Of a stretch of 32,597 nucleotides of DNA, positions 8,815 to 15,940 are shown piece by piece. Positions within the stretch are counted from its first letter, which is position 1; the number at the start of each line of letters is the position of its first letter. A model generated the notes under the pieces. It did no database searches and was not told the origin of the DNA. It saw only the letters and a program-made list of their open reading frames with translations. Made by a program: the position numbers and the translations under genes. The stretch spans positions 1-32,597 of the IMG/VR virus record IMGVR_UViG_3300044878_000101; one strand, given 5' to 3'. The stretch comes from a virus (Duplodnaviria > Caudoviricetes).

Positions 8815-9996
8815 ATGGCTGCGAAGCGCGGGGTGCGTGCGGCATCGAAAAGCAGTATCGAAATCTCGTTCATGGTCGACGGCAAGCAGTGCCGGGAGCG
8901 CCTGCCGCTGGAGCCTACGCCGGCCAACCTGAAGCGGGCGCAGCAGCAGAAGGCGTCGATTGATCTGGCGATTCACCGGGGGGAATTCGACTATGCCGAG
9001 GCGTTCCCCAGGTCGAAGCGGGCGGTGTCGGCAGTCTGCCAGTCGGGCCAGGTGCCACTGGGCCAGTACCTGGATGAGTGGCTTGAGCGAAAGGCCGGCA
9101 TCCTGAAGGCGTCCACGCTGGACGGTTACCGAAAGATCGTTGCGGGCGTTCTGGATCCGGCGCTGGGCAGCCTGGCGCTGGCATCGGTCACGCGCAAAGA
9201 GGTCAAGGCGGCCATGGCCAAGATGTCTGCGACCAACAAGCGGCTGGCCAACGTGCAAAGCTGCCTGCGCTCGGCCCTGAGCGATGCCGTAGACGACGAG
9301 TTGATCGAATCGAACCCACTGGCCGGCTGGACGTATTCAGTGAAGGGCAAGCCGCGCACCGAGGACGAGATCGACCCATTCAGCCCGGACGAGCAGCGGG
9401 CCATTCTGGCGGCAGCGACAGGGCAGTATCGGAACCTGTTGCAGTTCGCCTTCTGGACTGGCCTGCGCACGTCTGAACTGGTCGCGCTGGAGTGGGGCGA
9501 TATTGATTGGCATCGCGGGGAGGTGAGGGTATCGCGAGGGTTGACCGCGGCGGCCAGCGAGGCAGAGACGCCGAAGACGGCGGCAGGGGTGCGCAGCGTT
9601 AGGTTGTTGCCCATGTCGTTCGAGGCGCTTAAGGCCCAGCGCGAGCACACCTATATAGAAGGGAAGGCTGTTTTCCACGACCCCAGGCATAACCGGGCAT
9701 TCAACGGCGACCAGGAGCTGCGCAAATCACTGTGGACGCCGACCATCCGCCGGGCCGGCGTGCGCTACCGGAACCCGTACCAGACCCGGCACACCTACGC
9801 ATCCATGATGCTGAGCGCGGGCGAGCATCCTATGTGGGTGGCCAAGCAGATGGGGCATGCTTCATGGTTGATGATTGCGCGGGTATACGGGCGCTGGATT
9901 CCAACCGATGGCGACTCGTCAGGGGATAAAGCGGCGGCGATGTTTGGCGGGGCCATGCAAGGCGACGAGCGAGCCAGATACCAGTCCTCAAAATAG
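8815..9996 (+). CDS. int: tyrosine integrase with N-terminal Arm DNA-binding domain
   Basis: GVRAASKSSIEISF...RERL N-terminus; catalytic TGLRTSE, PKT, YQTRHTYAS, QMGH and RVYG. Confidence 0.95.
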   Translation: MAAKRGVRAASKSSIEISFMVDGKQCRERLPLEPTPANLKRAQQQKASIDLAIHRGEFDYAEAFPRSKRAVSAVCQSGQVPLGQYLDEWLERKAGILKASTLDGYRKIVAGVLDPALGSLALASVTRKEVKAAMAKMSATNKRLANVQSCLRSALSDAVDDELIESNPLAGWTYSVKGKPRTEDEIDPFSPDEQRAILAAATGQYRNLLQFAFWTGLRTSELVALEWGDIDWHRGEVRVSRGLTAAASEAETPKTAAGVRSVRLLPMSFEALKAQREHTYIEGKAVFHDPRHNRAFNGDQELRKSLWTPTIRRAGVRYRNPYQTRHTYASMMLSAGEHPMWVAKQMGHASWLMIARVYGRWIPTDGDSSGDKAAAMFGGAMQGDERARYQSSK

Positions 9997-10048
9997 GATC
10001 AAAAATCCTAAATTAACACTATCTTATTAGGATCAATGATCCTATAAT
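9994..10048 (+). promoter_or_regulatory. tandem 7-3-7 operator palindromes overlapping a -10 box
   Basis: TAGGATC-AAA-AATCCTA (9994-10010) and the perfect TAGGATC-AAT-GATCCTA (10028-10044); TATAAT at 10043-10048; AT-rich island. Confidence 0.75.
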
Positions 10049-10120
10049 CACTCCTGTTGGTGGCATGCAGAAAGCCACTCGACGATGAGGGGGCTAGTCA
10101 TGCCGCCAGCGGAGAGCGTA

Positions 10121-10408
10121 ATGAGACTTTCTGAGGTGGCGACCATCCGCACGAACTTTCCCGAGGCGCATTTCTGGATGGTTCGGCGGGGCTCAGCGGA
10201 TCGATGCGGAGAGCCTACCCGGGTGTTTAACCCCGAGCACATCGGGGTAAGGGTGGAACGAATCGATCTTCTGTTACCGGATTACCTTTTCTACTGCCTC
10301 GCAGCGATTCATCAGCGAGGCGACTGGCAAAGGGTGGCAACCGGAACGCTGAGCCTGGTCAATATCCGTGTCCAAGACGTTCGACGCATCGAACTGTCAC
10401 CACGGTGA
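10121..10408 (+). CDS. small protein resembling an isolated type I R-M HsdS target-recognition domain
   Basis: MRLSEVATIRT...LLPDYLFYCL...ATGTLSLVNIRVQDVRRIEL matches the HsdS pattern (v.LgevaeI..; pdYLyy.L; atGs.q.nI...dl..i.ip); GGAG RBS. Confidence 0.55.
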   Translation: MRLSEVATIRTNFPEAHFWMVRRGSADRCGEPTRVFNPEHIGVRVERIDLLLPDYLFYCLAAIHQRGDWQRVATGTLSLVNIRVQDVRRIELSPR

Positions 10409-10412
10409 GGAA

Positions 10413-10428
10413 GGGGCCGAAAGGCCCC
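10413..10428 (+). other. GNRA-tetraloop hairpin between the two module genes
   Basis: GGGGCC-GAAA-GGCCCC. Confidence 0.6.
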
Positions 10429-10466
10429 GGACTCTTTACCGACACCCAGCGCAACAGGAGCGCACC

Positions 10467-10877
10467 ATGAACATCGAGTTACCGGCGATCAGCGAGCAAC
10501 AGGCCTTCATTTTCGAGGCCGCCACAAAGGAAGCAGTGGCGCAGCTCAAGGCGAACCTCAAGGCGCCGCGCCTGCCTGGCCAGACCGAAGTAGACGAAAG
10601 CCAGTACCCACGCACCCACTTGCTGCGCGAGGCCGAAGGCTGGGAGCCGCCGCACCGTGACATAGCAGGCGCCTATTTCCGGCACTTCCAGTCGCACTTC
10701 CCCGAGTACGGCACCGACGCCAAGCTGGCCGGTCTGCTCGGGCTGTCATCGGATCGCAGGGTTCGAGCATTCAAGGATGGCAGCAAGAGTCCGCCCTATG
10801 GCGTGTGGCGCCGCTTCCTGGTGCTGACCGGCCGTGCACCGCAAGAGATTTTCCCGGTACTGGCTTTCATGGCCTAA
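10467..10877 (+). CDS. KorC-like HTH transcriptional repressor
   Basis: LLREAEGWEPP...AKLAGLLGLSSDRRVRAF...PPYGVWRRFLVLTG parallels the IncP KorC pattern as I recall it (LRPAE.W.QP...A.ILGL...DRTVRRW...IPYAAW..L...AG); AGGAG RBS. Confidence 0.65.
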   Translation: MNIELPAISEQQAFIFEAATKEAVAQLKANLKAPRLPGQTEVDESQYPRTHLLREAEGWEPPHRDIAGAYFRHFQSHFPEYGTDAKLAGLLGLSSDRRVRAFKDGSKSPPYGVWRRFLVLTGRAPQEIFPVLAFMA

Positions 10878-10931
10878 CGCCGAACCAATGAGGCCGGGCA
10901 GTCCGGCGACAAATAAACGAAGGGGTGAGTG

Positions 10932-11543
10932 ATGAGCAAGGAAGAGATTGTGCGCGCTACCAGATTGCGCCGAGCAGCGCTGTATCTGAATGGGCAGGAC
11001 AATGGCTGCAACGAGATCAAGACACTGCGGGATCTTGTCGAAGCTGCCCAGGCTCAGCCGCAACCTGACGCGCAGACGGTGGCATGGCTCACTTCTGACG
11101 GCCGTCAATTGGTGTTCGAGGGTGTGCTCGATCAGAGCCAGTACATTGAGCAGGGTATGCGGCCGCTGGTTCATGCTGCCGAGGTTGAGCAGCTGCGCAT
11201 CGACCTGGAACTGACACGCCTGGCCCGCCAAAGCGATCAGATAGAGATAGACGGGCTGAAAGCGCTTTGCGATGGCTTCCGCGCCCAGCTGGCCGACGCC
11301 GCCCAGTCGCTGGAGACAATCAGCCGACTGGCCGGGCGCGACGAATTCATGGAGGACATGACCGACGTTCGTGGCTATGCGAATAGCCGGGCCACGGTTG
11401 CCCGGGGCGCACTGTCTGCCATCGCTGGGCCGGCAGACCTGGAGTCGCGACCAGAAGAACGAGGCTGCCCCGAGCTTGAGCCATGCTCAGGCTGTGGAAC
11501 TCCCGGCTGGACTGCGGCCTGCGACAAGTGCATCCCATACTGA
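10932..11543 (+). CDS. mosaic (Ead/Ea22-style) phage protein with C-terminal Cys motif
   Basis: QTVAWL motif, coiled coil, terminal CSGC...CDKC; shares a domain with the next gene. Confidence 0.65.
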   Translation: MSKEEIVRATRLRRAALYLNGQDNGCNEIKTLRDLVEAAQAQPQPDAQTVAWLTSDGRQLVFEGVLDQSQYIEQGMRPLVHAAEVEQLRIDLELTRLARQSDQIEIDGLKALCDGFRAQLADAAQSLETISRLAGRDEFMEDMTDVRGYANSRATVARGALSAIAGPADLESRPEERGCPELEPCSGCGTPGWTAACDKCIPY

Positions 11544-11925
11544 GGGCGAGACATGAGCAACGAACAGATCTACCTCTACCGCCGAAAGGGCCTGAGCGAT
11601 TACGCAACTTGCGACAGGGCCCGCTATGTTGAGCTGTCGCAGCACAAGCTATTCGAAACGATGGTCTGCTACGCCAGCGCCGAGGCGGCTGAGCGGCTGC
11701 GCATCGACCTGGAGCTGACACGCCTTGCGCGCCAGGGCGACCAGATCGAGATCGACGGGCTGAAAGTGCTTTGCGATGGCTTCCGCGCCCAGCTGGCCGA
11801 CGCCGCCCAATCGCTGGAGACAATCAGCCTTCAGGCCGGGCGCGACGAATTCATGAAGGACATGACCCAGATACGGGGATATGCAAACAGCCGAGCCAGG
11901 GTTGCCCAGGGCGCGCTGTCCGCCA
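11186..11925 (+). repeat. approx. 236-bp imperfect direct repeat (11186-11421 and 11690-11925)
   Basis: Both copies encode LRIDLELTRLARQ.DQIEIDGLK.LCDGFRAQLADAAQSLETIS...GYANSRA.VA.GALSA; offset 504 bp. Confidence 0.92.
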
Positions 11926-11954
11926 ACGCAGAGGCCGCAAGCCATGACGAATAA
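11553..11954 (+). CDS. mosaic phage protein, partial paralog of the upstream gene
   Basis: GAGG RBS; different N-terminus, shared C-terminal domain. Confidence 0.7.
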   Translation: MSNEQIYLYRRKGLSDYATCDRARYVELSQHKLFETMVCYASAEAAERLRIDLELTRLARQGDQIEIDGLKVLCDGFRAQLADAAQSLETISLQAGRDEFMKDMTQIRGYANSRARVAQGALSANAEAASHDE

Positions 11955-12177
11955 AGTTCACTGGATCGGCTGGAGTGATAGCGGCTCCGAAGGCGAGGAT
12001 CAGGAGTCCTACTCAGCTTGCGGTGTCGGCAATGGCGACCGTGAGGGCGAAGAGTGGGATGGTGCACGCTTCAGGTCTGAAGTCACCTGCAAGCGCTGCC
12101 TGAATTGGCTGGCTCGCCGCGACGCCAAAACCCTGAAATCCCGTGAGGCATTCGCCTCGGAGTATGCATATGACTGA
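11944..12177 (+). CDS. hypothetical protein, possible Zn-binding (H...C...CxxC)
   Basis: KVHW...SACG...VTCKRC; GAGG RBS. Confidence 0.6.
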   Translation: MTNKVHWIGWSDSGSEGEDQESYSACGVGNGDREGEEWDGARFRSEVTCKRCLNWLARRDAKTLKSREAFASEYAYD

Positions 12178-12529
12178 GATCAAACAGACCTATCAGCAAC
12201 TTGAGCAAGAGCTTGAGGTTTGGCGACACGGCCCGTCGTGCTGGAGTTGTGGCGATTCGGGCGACGCGCACCAGCTCGACGGCGAATGGCTCGGGAAGTG
12301 CGATTGCCTTGCGACTCAATTGATCGATTTGACTGCCGAGCGCGACCAGCTCAAGGCGAAACTGGCCGAGCTGATCAGTGCCGTCAGGTCGATCAATCAC
12401 GGTCCAGCTCACAGGGTTGTGGTTCCGGGAGACGATGAGCCGCAGTACAGGCAGCGAAAGGAATGGATCGAGTGGATTCTAGAGCTTTGTGATACGGCCA
12501 TGCCCGCTGACAAAAAAACGGGTGACTAG
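12170..12529 (+). CDS. hypothetical phage protein with Zn-ribbon-like motif and coiled coil
   Basis: CWSCGDSG...GEWLGKCDC; LTAERDQLKAKL; GGAG RBS. Confidence 0.65.
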   Translation: MTEIKQTYQQLEQELEVWRHGPSCWSCGDSGDAHQLDGEWLGKCDCLATQLIDLTAERDQLKAKLAELISAVRSINHGPAHRVVVPGDDEPQYRQRKEWIEWILELCDTAMPADKKTGD

Positions 12530-12559
12530 AAAGGGACTATCAGTCACGCCTAAATGCGG

Positions 12560-12635
12560 TTTCAGCAGCTTTTCAGCTACCACACCTCTACAGGCCACGG
12601 AATACAACGACCGACCGGGGGTTTAAATCCCCCGG
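12560..12635. other. candidate integrase attachment site (arm-like repeats plus symmetric core)
   Basis: TTTCAGC direct repeats at 12560 and 12571; core CCGGGGG-TTTAAAT-CCCCCGG (12615-12635) resembles a tmRNA/tRNA T-arm; located in an intergenic gap. Confidence 0.55.
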
Positions 12636-12668
12636 ACGCAACAACCAACAACTGAAGAGGTGGCGGGA

Positions 12669-12989
12669 ATGGATGACAAAGAACTGATCGAGCTGGCAGC
12701 GAAGGCGGCAGGGATCGACGTTAAGTACAGCAAAGCCTTTGATGACTTTACTATCTGGCCAACCGAAGTGAGGTGGGATCCGCTCAACGACGACGGCGAC
12801 TGCGCGCGCATGGAAGCGGCATTACTGCTGCGCGTGACATTCAACGACGGATGGGTCAGCGTCGGGCATGAGTCGTTCGGAAATGAAGCGCAGTGCGAGT
12901 TCTTCAGCGACTACGAAGGCGACCGGAACAAAGCCCGGCGAGCAGCGAGCGTCTTCGCGGCCGCATCGATCGGGAATGCGACGCCATGA
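12669..12989 (+). CDS. conserved hypothetical phage protein
   Basis: ELIELAAKAAGI...WDPLNDDGDCARM...ARRA pattern, common in proteobacterial phages. Confidence 0.7.
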   Translation: MDDKELIELAAKAAGIDVKYSKAFDDFTIWPTEVRWDPLNDDGDCARMEAALLLRVTFNDGWVSVGHESFGNEAQCEFFSDYEGDRNKARRAASVFAAASIGNATP

Positions 12990-13099
12990 CAGGCCAATCC
13001 CGCAAGGGCTTCGAGCAATACTGCGCGAACCAATGCCAGAGCGTTCTGGCGCAGTGCAAGGCCAACATTCTGGTTGCAGGCTACGAGGTGAAGGGATGA
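12986..13099 (+). CDS. very small hypothetical protein
   Basis: 37 aa; ATGA overlaps at both ends. Confidence 0.4.
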   Translation: MTGQSRKGFEQYCANQCQSVLAQCKANILVAGYEVKG

Positions 13100-13683
13100 G
13101 TGAGCAAGACATGGTTATGGCGCCGCGCGAGCTACTGGAGTCGCAGCTTGCCTTCCTGGAAGGTCTGCGCCCAATGTTCGTAGATCGGCCGCAGGACAGT
13201 TCGGCGTGGGTTCAGCAACAGCTGGACATCCGTCAGCTGCTGGGCGATGTGCGAGAAGGGCCGCCCGCAGCGGCAGGCATGCAGAACTTCGACCTGTCGA
13301 CAGGGGCTTTCTGGAGTTGCATTCTCGGCGGCGAGACGTCGGTATGGGAGAAACGGTTTGAGGATCCACGACATGCTCGCCCCGACCTGTGCAAAGTCGA
13401 GCCCGAGCAGATAGGCCCACTGAAGCGCTACCAGTGGGGAGAGGAAGTGTGCTACGACCGCGCCGAGCCATTCGCGATAGAGGGGATGATCGAAAGCGAG
13501 TATGGCGAATACGTTCTGGCGAAGGACGCAGCGGCTCGGGAGGCGGCGCTCCTGGAGCTGCTGCGCGACGCCAAGCGCAGTCATGGCGTGCAGCATCTCA
13601 GCTACCCGCCGCGTGATCCGTGGCTGGAGAATCGCATAGACGAGCGAATCACCGCAGTTCTCGCTTCTGGCGAAGCCATCTGA
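13096..13683 (+). CDS. mosaic hypothetical phage protein
   Basis: MSEQDMVMAPRELL..., LKRY...GEYVLAKD modules; GAGG/AAGGG upstream. Confidence 0.6.
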   Translation: MSEQDMVMAPRELLESQLAFLEGLRPMFVDRPQDSSAWVQQQLDIRQLLGDVREGPPAAAGMQNFDLSTGAFWSCILGGETSVWEKRFEDPRHARPDLCKVEPEQIGPLKRYQWGEEVCYDRAEPFAIEGMIESEYGEYVLAKDAAAREAALLELLRDAKRSHGVQHLSYPPRDPWLENRIDERITAVLASGEAI

Positions 13684-13698
13684 TAACCCCGCCAAGCC

Positions 13699-13714
13699 GG
13701 CGCCTTCGGGCGCC
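13699..13714. terminator. hairpin at the convergence of early and late arms
   Basis: GGCGCC-TTCG-GGCGCC; no U-tract, so termination is uncertain. Confidence 0.35.
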
Positions 13715-13735
13715 CCATCCCGGCGCTCTGCCGAC

Positions 13736-14824
13736 CTACGCCACCGCCCGAACTGCCGGCGCCCCGTTTGATGTGAGCCGCTTCCCCAGCCTGATCATAG
13801 GCGTCTCGATCAGCGCATATACCAACAAGGCAACTGCAATAGTTATCGCGGACACAAGGAAAGTTACAGCAAGCGGCGACACGTCAATGCCAAGTCGCGA
13901 CGAAAGAACACCGAACGCCGCATACACAATTGGATGCAGCAAATAAACGCCATACGTGGCGATTCCGAGCTTTTCCAGAGGGACAGAAAAAACAGGAGGG
14001 ATGCTGAAGTTGACCTTGAAGAATCCCGCAACCATTAGAATAGAGGCGGCCGAAAAGACCAAACGATTAAGCCCGGTCACTATGCCCGCCTGATCACCGT
14101 CGGCCGGGAAGAAAGCAAACACAAGGCAGGCTATGGAAATCAGAATCAGTGATAGTTTTGCGGACGGCTCAATATTCCTTGAGTTGTAATAGATAGCAAT
14201 GCCAGCCACGTACAGGAATAGATTGTTGAATGGGTTGATGTATAAATTCCACTGCGCCGCGAGGGTCGCATCTGGAGATATCAGGGCCGCCGCAAAGTAG
14301 CCGCCGACCATCAGCGAAATCAGGAAGGCGATATTTCCTTGGGCGACACTGCGGTTGTACAGCGCGAGCAGGGCTGGCGTGATGGCGTAGTACACCATTT
14401 CATTGCCGATAGACCAGGCGCCCGTAACCATGTAGGCGCCCGGGTCCAGGAAGCCGAACAGCGTGGTCAGGTTCAGGAATATTTTCGACGGCGAGGCGAC
14501 TTCATTTTTTATGAGGAAATTGCCCGCGACAACAACGAAAGTCGCTATCCACAGAAGCGGCCAAATCCTGAAGATCCTGCGGACAAAAAACCGAATGTAA
14601 CCCCCTGAGCCTGCAACATAACCACTGTACACAACGGCCATACTCAGCCCGGACAGAACAAAGAACATTGAAACGCCGTATACGCCAAGACGACCTATAA
14701 GACTTCCAGAATCCTGCGCGCTGAACTCCCAGCCAATTAAGTGATACAGCATTATCGACAGTGCCAAAAGACCGCGCTGCCAATCTAAAGGCTCGAACCT
14801 GCTTACTGCGACTTTCGTATCCAT
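13736..14824 (-). CDS. acyltransferase family 3 (OafA/Oac-like), probable O-antigen O-acetylase
   Basis: LDWQRG, GVSMFFVLSG, FFVRRIFRIWP, WSIGNEMVYY and LGIATYGVYLLH motifs; about 10 TM segments; more AT-rich than the core genes. Confidence 0.9.
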   Translation of the reverse strand: MDTKVAVSRFEPLDWQRGLLALSIMLYHLIGWEFSAQDSGSLIGRLGVYGVSMFFVLSGLSMAVVYSGYVAGSGGYIRFFVRRIFRIWPLLWIATFVVVAGNFLIKNEVASPSKIFLNLTTLFGFLDPGAYMVTGAWSIGNEMVYYAITPALLALYNRSVAQGNIAFLISLMVGGYFAAALISPDATLAAQWNLYINPFNNLFLYVAGIAIYYNSRNIEPSAKLSLILISIACLVFAFFPADGDQAGIVTGLNRLVFSAASILMVAGFFKVNFSIPPVFSVPLEKLGIATYGVYLLHPIVYAAFGVLSSRLGIDVSPLAVTFLVSAITIAVALLVYALIETPMIRLGKRLTSNGAPAVRAVA

Positions 14825-14871
14825 ACGTTACATGCATCCCTAGTTAAAATATGCGCCATCAATTGACGGTG

Positions 14872-14901
14872 ATTATACGGAACTAGGAATGTTATGTTCT
14901 A
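14872..14901 (-). promoter_or_regulatory. putative sigma70 promoter for the acyltransferase
   Basis: Perfect TATAAT on the - strand (14877-14872); weak -35 (TAGAAC) upstream. Confidence 0.5.
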
Positions 14902-14907
14902 CATGAT

Positions 14908-15402
14908 TCAGGCGAGCGCCCCGCCAGCCTGGAAATACTGCTTGATCAGATCCGCAAGTCGGTGCTCGCGCTGGCCGTACCCTGCGCCTGGCAGGCTGGC
15001 CCAGATGTTCCGGCACTTCTCGATAGCCTGCTCGATCCGGCCGGCGTGAACGTCCGCCAGCGCCCGGCACTCCTTGATGTGCTGCAGGGCCAGTCTATCC
15101 TGGCTGATCGGCCCAAAGTCCGGCAGCTTGAGCAGGTCCCGGTAATGTGGCCAGTCCTTTTTCATCTGCTGATAGCGGCCGGCTGCAGTAGACTTGAGGC
15201 CTTTCCTGTTGACGGTGACCATAACGCCGGGGTGATCGGCGTAGCTGGTGAAGGTATTCGGGCTGTCGATGCCGCCGACAACCACGTCATAACCGTCGTT
15301 TCGCGTGTATTTGCTGGTGGATGTACCTTCCGACCAGGCGAGCATATCAAGGAAGGCGAGCGCATTGCGGCTGCCGGCCTGTACTTCTGCAAGTTTTGCC
15401 AT
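14908..15402 (-). CDS. lambda R-type endolysin (lytic transglycosylase)
   Basis: AFLDMLAWSEGT, GYDVVVGG, STAAGRYQ, DFGPISQD and WASLPGAGYGQREH motifs. Confidence 0.95.
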   Translation of the reverse strand: MAKLAEVQAGSRNALAFLDMLAWSEGTSTSKYTRNDGYDVVVGGIDSPNTFTSYADHPGVMVTVNRKGLKSTAAGRYQQMKKDWPHYRDLLKLPDFGPISQDRLALQHIKECRALADVHAGRIEQAIEKCRNIWASLPGAGYGQREHRLADLIKQYFQAGGALA

Positions 15403-15448
15403 GGCTTCTACCAATAGGGAAATAGATTATGAAAATGAAGGTGAAAGG

Positions 15449-15619
15449 ATGACTGCTACAAAGAAAAAACGCGGCTGGGCCTGGGCATACCGGAAGATTC
15501 GCGGCCTGTATTGCAACCCCGTTTCAGCCGCTTACCGGGCGACTCTGTACTCGATACGGGGTGACACCGGAACATTCATGAGTCGCGTGTCGCAGCGGAA
15601 AATCCGCATCACCCGGTAA
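15449..15619 (+). CDS. small basic protein inserted antisense to the late operon
   Basis: 56 aa, R/K-rich; GAAGG/AAGGA upstream; ends at a hairpin. Confidence 0.5.
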   Translation: MTATKKKRGWAWAYRKIRGLYCNPVSAAYRATLYSIRGDTGTFMSRVSQRKIRITR

Positions 15620-15627
15620 TTCCACGC

Positions 15628-15660
15628 AAAAGAAAGCCCGCACAGAGGCGGGCTGTTATT
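15628..15660. terminator. intrinsic terminator, probably bidirectional
   Basis: AAAAGAA-AGCCCGC-acagag-GCGGGCT-GTTATT. Confidence 0.75.
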
Positions 15661-15673
15661 CGGCGCATGGCTG

Positions 15674-15928
15674 TCAGCAGTCGGTGCAACCCTCGAACTC
15701 AGGAAGGGTTTTTAGGTGCTCATACGCCTGGACAAAGGGGTTGGCCCCCTCCAGGTCGTAGGGCGCCGAGAAGTCGGCCGCGTGGAATACCTCGGCGCCC
15801 TTGGCGCTGCGGTATAAGGCGCAAACAAACACCTCTGTTTTGTCCGCAGAAATGCAGGACAGATTGAGGCTGACATATGCCCCGGCTACGGGGATGCCTT
15901 TGTATTCGGTGTCAATTTTTAGAGCCAT
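15674..15928 (-). CDS. small tail-fibre/tailspike-associated protein
   Basis: GANPFVQAYEHLKTLPEFEGCTDC C-terminus typical of genes following tail fibres; position. Confidence 0.65.
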   Translation of the reverse strand: MALKIDTEYKGIPVAGAYVSLNLSCISADKTEVFVCALYRSAKGAEVFHAADFSAPYDLEGANPFVQAYEHLKTLPEFEGCTDC

Positions 15929-15940
15929 GTTGTAGAACCT

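Noticed and set aside
5877-10408. Complete restriction-modification system
   Set aside because: No endonuclease, HsdR or canonical HsdM found; the MTases are orphans and the HsdS-like ORF is far too short to be a full S subunit
11186-11925. Repeat pair as a diversity-generating retroelement TR/VR
   Set aside because: Mismatches are not confined to adenines, both copies are coding, and no reverse transcriptase is present in the window
12611-12650. tRNA or tmRNA gene
   Set aside because: Only a T-arm-like hairpin; no acceptor stem, D-arm, anticodon arm or properly placed CCA
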